From the human T2T-CHM13v2.0 reference genome, Homo sapiens: a stretch of 64,000 nucleotides of DNA. Positions 1 through 12,478 of the stretch are shown one piece after another. Position 1 is the first letter of the stretch. Every line of letters begins with the position of its first letter. A model generated the notes under the pieces. It searched no databases. It was not told the origin of the DNA and was given only the letters and a program-made list of their open reading frames with translations. Location: NCBI RefSeq assembly GCF_009914755.1, contig NC_060935.1. One strand, 5' to 3'. The position numbers and the translations under genes were made by a program.

Positions 1-103
1 ATTCAACGATGTTATTTAATAAAATATTTTTTTGCAAATAATTACAGGATATGCACATTAAAGGAAAGTGCTTAAAGAATTAAGTTTAAGATATATAAAA
101 TAG

Positions 104-330
104 AGGGAACTAAGCTATGAAGATGCAAAGGCATAGGAATGATACAATGGACTTTGTGGACTTGGGGGAAAGAGTGGGAGGGGGCAAGGGGTAAAAGACT
201 ACAAATATGGTGCAGTGTATACTGCTCAGGTCATGGGTGCACCAAAATCTCACAAATCACCACTAAATAACGTACTTATGTAGCTAAATACTACCTGTAC
301 CCCAATAACTTATGGAAAAAGAGAAAAAAA
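104..330 (+). mobile_element. L1 3' UTR fragment (L1PB-like) with A-rich tail
   Basis: Contains GGGAACTAAGCTATGAAGATGCAAAGGCATA...CACCAAAATCTCACAAATCACCACTAAA, typical of the L1PB 3' end. A related copy lies at about 35.5-35.8 kb. Confidence 0.8.
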
Positions 331-961
331 CCCTTCATTATAGTTCATAGTTTTGCCAGACATTTTAGCAGATACTTCATAAACTTTACTATAATACTAG
401 GATATTTGTGTTACCGATGTTGTTATAATAAGTATGATTTCCATTTGGCAGATGATGAAACTAAGTCTATGAAAGACGTCATGTAAATTGTTTTAACAAG
501 TATAGCTAATAAATGGAAAGGCCAGGATTCATATTAAGTTTTCTGGTTTCTAACCTAATTATTTTTCTGTTACATTGCAGAGGGCAATGAATAGTGGAAG
601 TTTCTTATGTAAAGACATCACAAGAGTTCAAATAGTAAATATGCTCAAAAAGAATAAATCCATGGTACATAGGCTTCTAACTTAAGCTAAAGTGTTTTAA
701 ATATGCCTCTAAACTTCTCATCCTGTAGAAGACAAGAATCTGCCTTTACAAAGCATTCCTTCCATGAGTCGAATAGACTGACTCTAAAATAGGCATTTCC
801 TTATTATCTGATTTTTTTTTACATGGATCTCTCTCTTGCCTTTCATAAGAAGGCAGGTTGTTCCTTGTTAAAAACATAGCCAAAACACTCATCAGCAAAA
901 AGCTTGAGAACTTGACATTGGTATTTAGACTTTGGTGTCTTGGGTACCTTTTCAAGGTTGG

Positions 962-973
962 ATGTTTTCACAG
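962..973 (+). promoter_or_regulatory. Candidate 3' splice acceptor just upstream of the OR10D1P ATG
   Basis: TGTTTTCACAG|CCATG, with AG at 972-973 and ATG at 976. OR genes usually have a 5' UTR intron ending near the start codon. Confidence 0.55.
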
Positions 974-975
974 CC

Positions 976-1911
976 ATGAGGAATTTCTCGGTGGTGTCCG
1001 AATTCATCCTGCTGGGCATCCCTCACACGGAGGGTCTGGAGACTATTCTGTTGGTCCTGTTTTTGTCCTTCTACATCTTCACCCTTATGGGGAACCTGCT
1101 CATCTTGCTGGCTATTGTCTCCTCTGCTCGGCTTCACACGCCCATGTACTTCTTCCTGTGCAAGCTGTCTGTTTTTGACCTATTTTTCCCTTCTGTGAGT
1201 TCCCCTAAGATGCTGTGCTATCTTTCAGGGAACAGCCGAGCCATCTCCTATGCAGGCTGTGCATCCCAGCTCTTCTTCTACCATTTCCTGGGCTGCACTG
1301 AGTGTTTCCTGTACACGGTGATGGCCTACGACCGCTTTGTTGCCATTTGTCACCCTCTACGCTACACCATAATCATGAGCCACAGAGCGTGTATCATCCT
1401 AGCCATGGGGACCTCATTCTTTGGCTGCATTCAGGCCACCTTTCTGACCACTCTCACCTTCCAATTGCCTTACTGTGTCCCCAATGAGGTGGACTATTAT
1501 TTCTGTGATATCCCAGTCATGCTGAAGCTGGCTTGTGCAGATACCTCAGCCCTGGAGATGGTGGGGTTCATCAGTGTGGGCCTCATGCCCCTCAGCTGTT
1601 TCCTTCTCATCCTCACCTCCTACAGTGGCATCGTCTTCTCCATCTTGTAGATCTGCTCTGCCGAGGGCCGACGCCGTGCCTTCTCCACCTGCAGCGCCCA
1701 CCTCACCGCCATCCTGCTTTTTTACATGCCAGTGGTCCTCATTTACCTGAGGCCTACCCACAGCCTGTGGTTGGATGCAACTGTTCAAATTCTGAATAAC
1801 CTGGTCACCCCCATGCTGAACCCCTTAATCTACAGTCTCAGGAATAAGGAGGTGAAATTATCACTAAGGAAGGTCTTATATCAGCTGGGCTTCCTTCCTG
1901 AGCAGTTGTAG
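976..1911 (+). pseudogene. OR10D1P: Olfactory receptor family 10D pseudogene, single in-frame TAG at codon 225
   Basis: Reads MRNFSVVSEFILLG...LHTPMYFFL...MAYDRFVAICHPLRY. TAG at 1648-1650 is followed in the same frame by ICSAEGRRRAFSTCSAH...[15 protein letters not shown], ending at the stop at 1909-1911 (312 codons). Confidence 0.88.
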
Positions 1912-1999
1912 AGAGAAATAAGTAACTAGCGCTTCAACCACACTTCATAGCTTATAACCATTTTTATTTAGTTGTCACACATATTTTTGAAATTGAGGG

Positions 2000-2130
2000 C
2001 ACAGGTATTATTATTTCCATTTTACAATGTGGAGACTAAAACTCAAAGTAACTTGTCCAAGGACATGTAAGCTGTGAATGGCAGAATGAGGACTCTAGAG
2101 CTGGTTTTGTGACTCTGGGGCCTGTGCTCT
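2000..2130 (-). mobile_element. MIR fragment
   Basis: ATTATTATTTCCATTTTACA...GTAACTTGTCCAAGGAC resembles the reverse-complement MIR core. Confidence 0.65.
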
Positions 2131-2384
2131 TTTGAGGAAATCATACTGCTTGAGAGGGAGGGAGAGAGAGAGAGAGAGATTGAGAGAAACTCTTCTCAGT
2201 AGGCAGAACAGCTTGGAGCTTCTGCTTCTCAATCTGTATTTTCTTCATCCTCCTACATCCCCTCCTCCTCTTCATTTCCCTCACACCATGACATTTATTC
2301 ATCTTGACTACAGTGACTATGTCCTCAAATGCCTGCATTGGATAAGCCCTCATTTTTATGCATCTACAAGTTGTTAAAAATGTT

Positions 2385-2735
2385 ATTCAGTCAAAAAGGA
2401 ATGAAGAATGCCTCCTACAATGTGGATGAACTTGAAAATCTAATGCTCAGTGGAAAAAAAAGCCAGACACAATAGGTCACATATTGTGTGATTCCATTCC
2501 TGTTAAATATCCAGAGCAGGTAAATCCATTAAAACAGAGGAAATTGACCTTTTTTTTTTTTTAGTTTGACTGTGGGGTGATGAAAATGTTTCGGAACTAG
2601 GTAGAGGTGATGATTGCACAACTCTGTGAATGTGCTATGTACAACGTGAATGTGAATGTACAAAATTCCACTGATCTGTTCACTTTAAAATAGTTCATTT
2701 TTTGTTATGTAAATTTTACCTCAATTTAAAAAATC
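2385..2735 (+). mobile_element. Old L1 3' end (L1MB-like)
   Basis: Contains AGCCAGACACAATAGGTCACATATTGTGTGATTCC and GGTGATGATTGCACAACTCTGTGAATG, ending TTTTACCTCAATTTAAAAAA. Confidence 0.75.
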
Positions 2736-2969
2736 ATTCTCTCAAAAAAAGAAAAGAAAAGAAAAACAAAAAGTGTTTTTTTGTTGTTGTTGTTGGTGGT
2801 GGTGGTGGCGGTGCATCCCAATTTATTTAAACAGCATCCTGTTATTTCTGAACCATAAGGAGGTTGTATAAAGAGAAAGGCATCTGGCTGGGACTTGAGG
2901 CAGTCTCTTATGGGTAAAGCAGAGATACTAGTGTGCTGTATCACTTCCAAACCCTGCCTGCCAGGCTTA

Positions 2970-3500
<531 letters not shown>

Positions 3501-6116
3501 TTATTTTTTGACTGAAATATGCCAATAATGAGAAATGAGCTATTGTTTTCATAACTGAATTCATTGAGAATCCTATCACACTGGGGAAATATGTTGCTGT
3601 GAAGTTTGCTCTAACAGGGCTGTAAAGAGGATGATGGAAGAGGAGAGGGCAGAAGCAGAGACTAGTGCTTTTTCCCCACCTGCACTTCTTAGAATTAGAG
3701 AGCAGTAAAGAAACGGCCAGAACAAATGAGCAACACTGTATCCATGGCTCCAGCCAGTGGGTGAGCCTGCACAGCTCCTGGAAGGGAGACAAACGTTTGC
3801 CTGGTCACTACGCAAACTCCTAAAAACCTCTTTCGGTGCTGTTTCCCCCTTGTTTTCCAGTAAACAAGAGCCTAAAAGGGAAGCTAGAAATACATCTCAA
3901 ATTATTTCAAATTTATTCCAAATCGCAAGCCCTTGTCAAGCCTCTTTGAGTCCACTCTGAAGATCCCTTCCCATGCCTCAGTGTACTGGTGTAGCTGCAC
4001 AGTCAGTAAAAACAGACAAATTTGTAAAGATAAAAGATGAGATCTGATTCCTTTTCAAATCTTCACTCATTCAGAGTTGTTTGATGAATAACTCTGTGCA
4101 AGGGCGAGGAATGCAAAATGAAAAAGATATGACCCCAGCTGCACAGAAATCAGAGTCTGCTGGAGAAACAGACATACAGCTAACTAGAACGTCCCATCAT
4201 TAAGCTATGATCAAGATGTACAATACAGCAGAAAATCTGGAGTGCATTTTCCTCATTTGAAGAAAGGACCTTACAGAAAAGGTGTTGAAGATTGAAAATG
4301 TTGTGTTGTTTTTTCCGTATTAAGAATGGCTGAGGAGTATTTTCCAGGGAGAGGCAACATACTTCTCAGTCTTTATATGTGCGGGGAGAGCAGTGAGAGA
4401 TTATTTGGGCAGGTATCACTTAACTATTTGCCATTTGTGACTAAATGCCTTTGCAGGAAAAAATAAAATTTAGTGTGCCTTCTGTTTTCAGGGTTCTTCT
4501 CCAGCTCAGTTCTTTGTTCATTGGACTTGATGTCTTGAATAAAAAAACTATATCCCTATCTCCTTAAACAAGTTGACTTCTCTGCTTGTCCCAGCCGTTC
4601 TGAGAGATGCTGTTCTTAGGTCTCCAGGTAGTGTCTGAGTTCTCTTTCCACCTAAGCAGGAGCCTAGAATGCCAGCCCCAACCTGGAGGCGTGCAGGCCC
4701 AAGTTGGGTGTGAGGGTGAGCTGAGATTTTTCTGTGTTCTATAATCTAAGGGGTAGTGTGAGAAGAACTTGAGAAAAACTGTGAAAGGGAAAACCTCAAA
4801 CCAGGTAGACAATCCAGAAGAATATTTAACCCACAGGGGCAAAGCAAGACAAAAAAATCAAGTGTCGAGACCAGGGAGGCCAGAGAAGAACAAGAATATT
4901 GAAGCGGAGGATCAGAGGATGTTTTGAGCAGAACAGGCTCCAGCATAGCCTTTCCTGAGACAGTGGGTTCAAGCATGGTCTAAGAGGGGCATCCAGGACC
5001 TGATGCCAAGTGGATTCTAGTTTCTTTAAAGGCTTCTTTGTTCTCCCCCAATTTTTTTTTTTTGCAAGACACTCCTGTATTCTCCAGTCACTGTTCCTTT
5101 TTGCTCTTTTCTAATTTTTTTTACGAAACTGATGTCTGTTCTGAGTTTCATTTAGGTGTTTTGTTTTACATATAGTCCCAAGAGCACAAAACTATGATGG
5201 GAGCATCCAAAGTGAAAACTTATGATGTGGACACTAAAAGTGAAGCTAAGGTGATGGCCGCTGACATGGCAGGGGAGGATTGTGAAGAGGAGTTTTCAAA
5301 GGAGTGTTCACAGGTGTTGGGACCTGTTCTGTTTATTTCCTGCCCTCTCAAGTCCCCTGCTGGTTTGTTCTAAATCAAATTGATTGAAATGAATGAATAA
5401 CCAGTCAGAAATCATGTTTTCGGTCACTAAATTTGCAATTACTTTTGGTCAAGGATACTGACTCCACCTTTGCAAAAATAACTAGTCAAGCTAAGAGAAT
5501 AGCATTATTACATTATATGTTGTATTGGTTCACTTAGGGTAAGAGGGGCAATAATACTTGTTATTGTTGGAGTGCTACATTGGTGAGAAACAATTGAGCC
5601 TACTATATATCATTCCTTTATTTTACATTCTGTTTAAAATTATTATTTTAATTACTGTTTTGCTAATAACCTATAATAATGATACCATCAAAAAGCCATT
5701 CTTTATTGTCCTGTTGGATGTCTGTTTTTAAAAAATATTTTTATTAAATATTAAACATTTAGAAATAATACTCATGAAAAATATGTAAAATATAAGGAAC
5801 TGTGATACAATGATACAATGAACACATGCATCCCATTACCTAGTATAAAAAAAAAGAGTAATGCTAGTGCCTTGGAAGTTCTCCGTAGACCTTGGCCTGA
5901 TCACACATCCTTCTTTCTCTCTAGAAGTTATCATTCTCTAGAGTTTTGTGTGTATTATTCCCTTGATGTTATTTGCATTTCACCTGCTATGTCTGTGTCC
6001 CTAAACACCTATGTTTGTAACCCTTCTTTGCAAAGCTTTGAACTTTTATTAATACAATTCAACTGAAATTGGCTTTTTTCACTTAAATATTACATATATA
6101 TTTCAATTTCCTCCCC

Positions 6117-6448
6117 TTTTATTTTCAGTTGACACACAATAATTTTACATTTATGGGATACAGAGTGATTTTCAATATGTGTGCACAACGTGTAATGATC
6201 CAATCAGGGTAATTAGCATATCCATCACCTCAAACATTTATCATTTCTTTGTGTTGTGAACTTTCAAAATCCTCTCTTCTAGCTTTTTGAAAGCATATAG
6301 TAAATTATTGTTGACCATATTTACCCTATTGTGCTGTAGAACACTAGAACTTCTCCCTCCCATCTAGCTGTAACTTTATATCTATCAACCAACCTTTTCT
6401 TATCCTACATTTTCCCTTCCCCTTCCAAGCCTCTAATAACCACAATTT
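6117..6448 (-). mobile_element. L1MA-type 3' end
   Basis: GTAATGATCCAATCAGGGTAATTAGCATATCCATCACCTCAAACATTTATCATTTCTTTGTG matches the reverse-complement L1MA 3' UTR. Confidence 0.8.
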
Positions 6449-7079
6449 AGGATCCCTTAACACATAAAGAAACTCTCTGAAGGTAACTTCTAGAATAGGC
6501 TGAGGAGATGTGGACAGAGGTCCTAAGAAATATGGTCATAATTCATTCACATCCTAACGTAGTATCTTTCCACAATGCAAACCACATACTACTACTCTGT
6601 TTCTTTTGGATTTTCAATAATTGTTTGTTGCATATAGGTTGAATTAAAACAATTCAGTACTGTATCTGCAGAATTAATAATCAAAACAAACCTATCTCTT
6701 TAGTTTCCTCAAAGCCATAAGTTCCCCCAGCAACACCCCATCTCTCTTCTTCTTGCCATTCAGTGTTTAACATAATATGTATTAAATAGATACTGGTTTA
6801 TTGAAAGAACAAATCAATGTATGAATAAAAATATGAAGTGGTATATTTAAACACTGGAGTTACAAAGATCTGTGTGTCTTATTCTTATGAAGCTCATAGC
6901 TAAGGATGGGAGGCAGATATAGAAATAATTAAAATAATATGTGATAAATATTTAATGAAAGTATATAAAATTTAGAAAAGCAAAATGAAGGCAGAAATGA
7001 TTAATTCTGTGCAGATTTTAGAGAAGACCTAAAAACATTTAAAATAGATTCATTCACAGTTCTGTGACTTAATACTTTC

Positions 7080-7378
7080 TTTTTTTTTTTTTTTTTTGAG
7101 ACGGAGTCTCGCTCTTTCGCCCAGGCCGGACTGCAGTGGCGCTATCTCAGCTCACTGCAACCTCCGCTTCCTGGGTTCACGCCATTCTCCTGCCTCAGCC
7201 TCCTGAGTAGCTGGGACTACAGGTGCCCACCACCGCGCCTGGCTACTTTTTTGTATTTTTAGTAGAGATGGGGTTTCACCGTGTTAGCCAGGATGGTCTC
7301 GATCTCCTGACCTCGTGATCTGCCCGCCTCGGCCTCCCAAAATGCTGGGATTACAGGCGTGAGCCACCGCACCCGGCC
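7080..7378 (-). mobile_element. AluY-type element
   Basis: Poly-T followed by GAGACGGAGTCTCGCTC; AluY diagnostics TTCACGCCATTCTCC and GTGTTAGCCAGGATGG; CpG-rich. TSD CTTAATAC(T/A)TT at about 7068 and 7379. Confidence 0.95.
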
Positions 7379-8099
7379 CTTAATACATTTTAATGTCCCC
7401 TCTTCGTATGCCCTTCCCTGATTCCTCTGCTGGACAAACTTCTACTCATCCTTCAACATCCAAGCTGACAAGTCATTTTCTTTAAAATTTTCCCATCTTA
7501 GACATATTTTTTTTTCTGTGTTTTAGTTTTATATCATGGCATAAAACATTATCTTACTACGTCAAAATAAGGTTGGCAACATGACTTTTAACAGTTAACT
7601 AGAGGCAGAGAGGTAAAGAAAATAAGACAGATGAGTAGTCACAGTTCAGAACTGTCCAAACCTTCATTTGTTGAATAAATAAATGAAAGAATGGTTTGTG
7701 GAAACATTTCATTGATGATCAGCACCTCAGTCTATACATTTATTAGATGTTATTAAATGTCTTCTAGGAACAGACTCATGCTGTACTTTGAGAATACTAA
7801 TGTTTATGCTGACAGAGGTAACAGAATCCGACATACATGATTTGAATTTCATCTTAACATGTATGAACTTATGATTTTAACATGTTACTTAGCTAATTTA
7901 AATTGTTGTATTGTAATTTTGTAAAATAGTAATATTTAAACCTACTTTAATGGTGAGGATTGACTTAGTTTTTTTTAAACACTTAATATTGTATCTTGAA
8001 TATAAAAAAGATTTGATAAGTATGTTACCTTCCCGTCTTTTTTTAAAACTTTTTTAAGTAAAAAAATAAAAATAAACAGTAACAGCAAATCAGTGTTCA

Positions 8100-8576
8100 T
8101 GGTAAAATGATTTATATTCCTTTGGGTATACACCCAGTAATGAGATTGCTGGGTCAAATGGTACTTCTGTTTTAACTCTTTGAGGAATCATCACACTGCT
8201 TTCCACAATGGTCTAACTAATTTATACTTTCACCAACAGTGTATAAGCATTACCTTTTCTCAGCAATCTTGCCAGCATCTATTATTTTTTCACATTTTAA
8301 TAATAGCCATTCTGGTGTGAGATGGTGTCTCATGGTGGTTTTGATTTGCATTTCTCTAATGATCATTGATATTGAGTTGTTCTTCGTATGCTTGTTGATT
8401 ACATGTATATCTTCTTCTGAAAACTGTTCATGTCCTTTGTCCACTTTTTAATGGGGTTGTTTGTTTTTTCTTGTACATTTGTTTGTTCCTTATAGATGTT
8501 GGATATTAGACCTTTGTCAGATAAATAGTTTGCAAAAAAACTTTCCCATTCTGTAGGTTGTCTGTTTACTTTGTTG

Positions 8577-8640
<64 letters not shown>

Positions 8641-10008
8641 CTATATATATATACACACATATACCTATATATACACATATATATACCTATATACACACAC
8701 ACATATATATACCTATATACACACACACATATATATACCTATATATATACACATATATATACCTATATATATAAACACACACACACACACATATATACAT
8801 ATATATATATATATATTGCGGTGCAGAAGCTCTTTAGTTTAATTAGATCCCATTTGTCAGTTTTTGCTTTTGTTGTGATTGCTTTTGACATCTTTATCAT
8901 GAAATCTTTGCTCATGTCTGTGATCAGAATGGTATTGTCTGGGTTGTCTTTCAGGGTTTTTATAGTTTTGGGTTTCACATTTAAATTTTTAATTCATCTT
9001 GAGTTGATTTTTGTATATGGTGCAAGGAAGAGATTCAATTTCAATCTTCTGCATATGGGTAGCCAGTTATCTCAGCATCATTTATTGAAAACGGAGTCCT
9101 TTCCCCATTGCTTGTTTTTGTCACCTTTGTCAAAGATCAGATGGTTTTAGGTGTGTGGCTTTATTTCTGGGTTCTCTATTCTGTTCTATTGGTTTATGTG
9201 TCTTTTTCTGTACCAGTACCATGCTGTTTTGGTTACTGTACCCATGTAGTTTCACGTCTGGTAACATGATGCCTCCAGCTGTGTTCTTTTTGCTAAGGAT
9301 TGCCTTAGCTATTCAGGCTCTTTTTTGGTTCCATATGCATTTTAAAATAGTTTTCCTCTAATTCTGTGAAGATGTCATTGGTAGTTTAGTAGGAATAGCA
9401 TTGAATCTGTAAATTGCTTTGGGCAATATGGCCATTTTAATGATATTAATTCTTCCTATATATGAGCATGGAATGTTTTTCCTTTTGTTTGTGTCATCTC
9501 TGACTTCTTTGAGCAGTGTTTTGTAATTCATGTTTTAGAACTCTTTCCCCTCCCTGGTTAGCTATATTCCTAGGTATTTTATTATTTTTGGGGCAGTTGT
9601 AAATGGAGTTGTGTTCCTGATTTGGCTCTCAGCTTGGGCGTTGTTGATGTATAGGAATGCTAATGATTTTTGTACATTGATTTTGTATCCTGAAACTTTG
9701 CTGATGTTGTTTATCAGCTGAAGGAGATTTTGGGCTGAGATTATGAGGTTTTCTAGATATAGAATCATGTTGTCTGCAAACAGGGATAGTTTGACGTCTT
9801 CTCTTTCTAGTCAGATGCCCTTTATTTCTTTATCTTGCCTGATTGCTCAAGCCAGGACTTCCAATACTATGTTAAATAGGAATGTCGAGAGAGGACATCC
9901 TTGCCTTGTGCTGATTTTCAAGGGGAATGCTTCTAGCTTTTGCCCATTCAGTATGATGTTGGCAGTGAGTTCGTCATAGATGGCTCTTATTATTTTGAGG
10001 TATGCTCC
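8100..10008 (-). mobile_element. Inverted 5' segment (ORF2 C-terminal region) of a twin-primed old L1PA element
   Basis: Minus-strand ORF fragments resemble L1 ORF2, e.g. [35 protein letters not shown] and [23 protein letters not shown]. Confidence 0.9.
8578..8817. repeat. Complex (TA)n/(CA)n microsatellite with a recurring CACATATATATACCTATATA-type unit, inside L1
   Basis: Directly visible. It interrupts L1 between TTTACTTTGTTGG and TTGCGGTGCAGAAGCTC. Confidence 0.95.
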
Positions 10009-11048
10009 TTCTACCGTAAAGACATATGCTTGTGAATGTTCATTGCAGCACTATTCATGATAGCAAAGACATGGAATCAACCTAAATGCCTATCAGTGAC
10101 AGATTGGATAAAGAAAATGTGGCACATATACACCATGTAATGTGATGCAGCCATAAAAAAAGAATGAGATCATGTCTTGTGGAGGAACATGGGTGGAACT
10201 GGAGGCCATTATTTTTAGCAAATTAACACAAGAACAAAAAACCAAGTATCACACATCATCACTTATAAGTGGGAGCTAAATGACAAGAACTCATGGACAC
10301 AAAGAGGAGAACAACAGACACTGGGGCCCTTTTGAGGATGGAGGCTGACCAGAGGAGGGAGAAGATCAGAAAAAGTAACCATCTGATGTGGCAGCACTGC
10401 TCATATGGGGGCACCAGCTGTGGCGGGGTCTGTCCCTTGCAGGCCCCTGACCCAGCAACGGATGAATGAAGTACACTGACACACAGATATTCTGCTTTGC
10501 CTGTCCAGCTGAGTGTGTCCAAGCTGCTTACAGACTCCCTGCTGAGTCCTGTAAACAGTTGCGACTCGGCCTGATCAGCTAGTGAGACTCGCATTTATTC
10601 AGTAAGATTAATTAACAAAGGCTTGAGTCAACACCATTAGAGGGTATTGACATTGGGGACTTCCCTAGTAGAAAGCACGTAAGCACCCGGGATACATCAA
10701 AGTTTAGTCTTAGATCACAGAGTAGTTAGGTAAACTGCTCTGCCTTCCTTTGTTACTACTTTAATTTGTTTAGCTAAAGGTAAAGGGACCAGGTTGCCTT
10801 CAGTCAGATCTATTACCAAAGTTATGCAAACTTCTCAGCCTTCCAAGAAGATTTGTGTCTATCTCTATAACTATCTCTAATATTTTTCCCACCAGCTTGA
10901 TTGAACCCCAACAATCTGGTACTAGGCTTAGTACCTGGGTGGCAAAATAATCTGTACAACAAGTCCCCATGGCAAGAGTACCTATATAACAAACCTACAC
11001 ATGTACCCCTGAACCTAAAATAGATAAAATAAAATAAAAAAATAAAGA
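10009..11048 (+). mobile_element. Sense 3' segment of the same L1 (end of ORF2, 3' UTR, poly-A), interrupted by an LTR
   Basis: TTCTACCGTAAAGACATATGC...GGAATCAACCTAAATGCC. The 3' UTR resumes at 10920 and ends ACATGTACCCCTGAACCTAAAA plus an A-rich tail. Confidence 0.9.
10387..10913 (-). mobile_element. Solo LTR, ERVK class (LTR22/HML-5-like)
   Basis: Minus strand begins TGTTGGGGTTCAATCAAGCTGGTGGGAAAAATATTAG and ends GCCACA; 527 bp. 6-bp TSD ATCTGA (10381-86) / ATCTGG (10914-19). Confidence 0.8.
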
Positions 11049-11104
11049 AAATCAGCATTCAACTTATAAACTTTTTCTTTGGAAACAACTCTTCAAGAAT
11101 ACTA

Positions 11105-11335
11105 GTGACAGTGTTTAAGAATGTGCTAGGCTTTGCGGTCAGACAGATCTGACTTTAAGTTTCCACAAAGTCACTGATCATTTTTGTGGCCTTAGACAGG
11201 TCCTTTGAGTACAGTCTTGTCAAATGTCTTACAAGGACAATAAAAGTACTTAACTCATACGGTTATTGTGAAGATAAAATTATGTTATCCATGCAAAGAG
11301 CTTAGTGCAGAAATTAGCATGTAGTACAAAATTAA
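11105..11335 (+). mobile_element. MIR
   Basis: AGTGTTTAAGAATG...CAGACAGATCTGG...GGTTATTGTGAAGATAAAA...AGAGCTTAG follows the MIR consensus order. Confidence 0.65.
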
Positions 11336-11336
11336 T

Positions 11337-11812
11337 GTGTTAGCCAGTCAGGCTTCATAAAACAAACAGAACCAATAGAAAAAAAATATATAAAATAAGA
11401 TGATAAGGAATTGGCTCACATGACTATGGAGGCTGAAAAGTCCCAAGACCTGCAGTTGGCAAGTGGAGGCCCAGTACAGCTGATTGTGTAAGTTCAGTCT
11501 GAATCCAAAGGCCTGAGCACCAGGAGACACAATGATGTAAGTTTTAGCCTGAGGGCAGAAGTCCCATGTTTCAGATCAATCAGTCAAAGTACCAAAGTTG
11601 TATCTTTCTTAGTGTTTTTGTTCTACTCAGGCCTTCAACTGATTGGATGAGGGTCACCCATGTTAGGGAGGGCAATCTGCTTTACTCAGTCTACTCATTC
11701 AAATGTCAATCTCATAAAAAACATCTCCACAAACACACCCAGAATAATGTTTAACCAAATATTTGGCCATTCAGTGTCCAGTCAAGTTGACACATAATAT
11801 CAACCACCATAA
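11337..11812 (-). mobile_element. MLT2 (ERVL) solo LTR
   Basis: Contains AAGGAATTGGCTCACATGACTATGGAGGCTG, GATTGGATGAGG and CCAGTCAAGTTGACACATAA, typical of reverse-complement MLT2. Confidence 0.85.
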
Positions 11813-12478
11813 CCAGTATCGAATCTTGAATATAATTTTTTATATAAGCCTTCATTTTAATTTCAAATACTCACTTTATACGTTATTTTGTACTTATGCA
11901 ATGTGTTGGGTTGAAGCAAAATTGGATGAGACTCTGTTTCCCATTATAGTTCTCAGAATTACTTTTCCTTCAAATGAAGTTACTGAAATGCTGAACCTTT
12001 GAACATGTGACCCCACAAAAGTAATAGATATTGGAATTACACAGTCTGTGCCAACCCATTGTATATTTGGCCTTTAGCTATGCTAACAAATTATAGATAG
12101 ATATAAACAGAGACTTAGTAAGAAAAAAAAAAAAGCAGCGAAAAAGACCCTGTTCTCAATTTGCCTCAAATCCTCAGGAAACATGAGAAATGACAAGTGT
12201 TACTGGTAAATACTACCAGAAATTAAGAATTTCTCAAAACAATTTAACACAACAACACAAGATTAAAGGTTACATTGGATTAAATAGGACTTAGATTAGA
12301 TGAGCAAACTGATAGGTTTATTAAAATTATAACCATCAGGAAATGTTTGAAATACCAAAAAAAAAAAAACGTAAAATTTTGTTGTGGTAACTAAGATTTA
12401 TAGAGCATTTCCCATGCTGTGAACACTATGCTTAGTCCCTTACAATCTTATCTCATCTGGGTCTTATAATAACCCTAT

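Noticed and set aside
940-975. N-terminal extensions in the ORF track for OR10D1P (from 940) and OR10D3 (from 27750)
   Set aside because: They use non-ATG starts and run through predicted splice acceptors; the true starts are 976 and 27816.
8399-9150. Low-complexity YI/TH-rich ORFs
   Set aside because: They are translations of the microsatellite and antisense L1.
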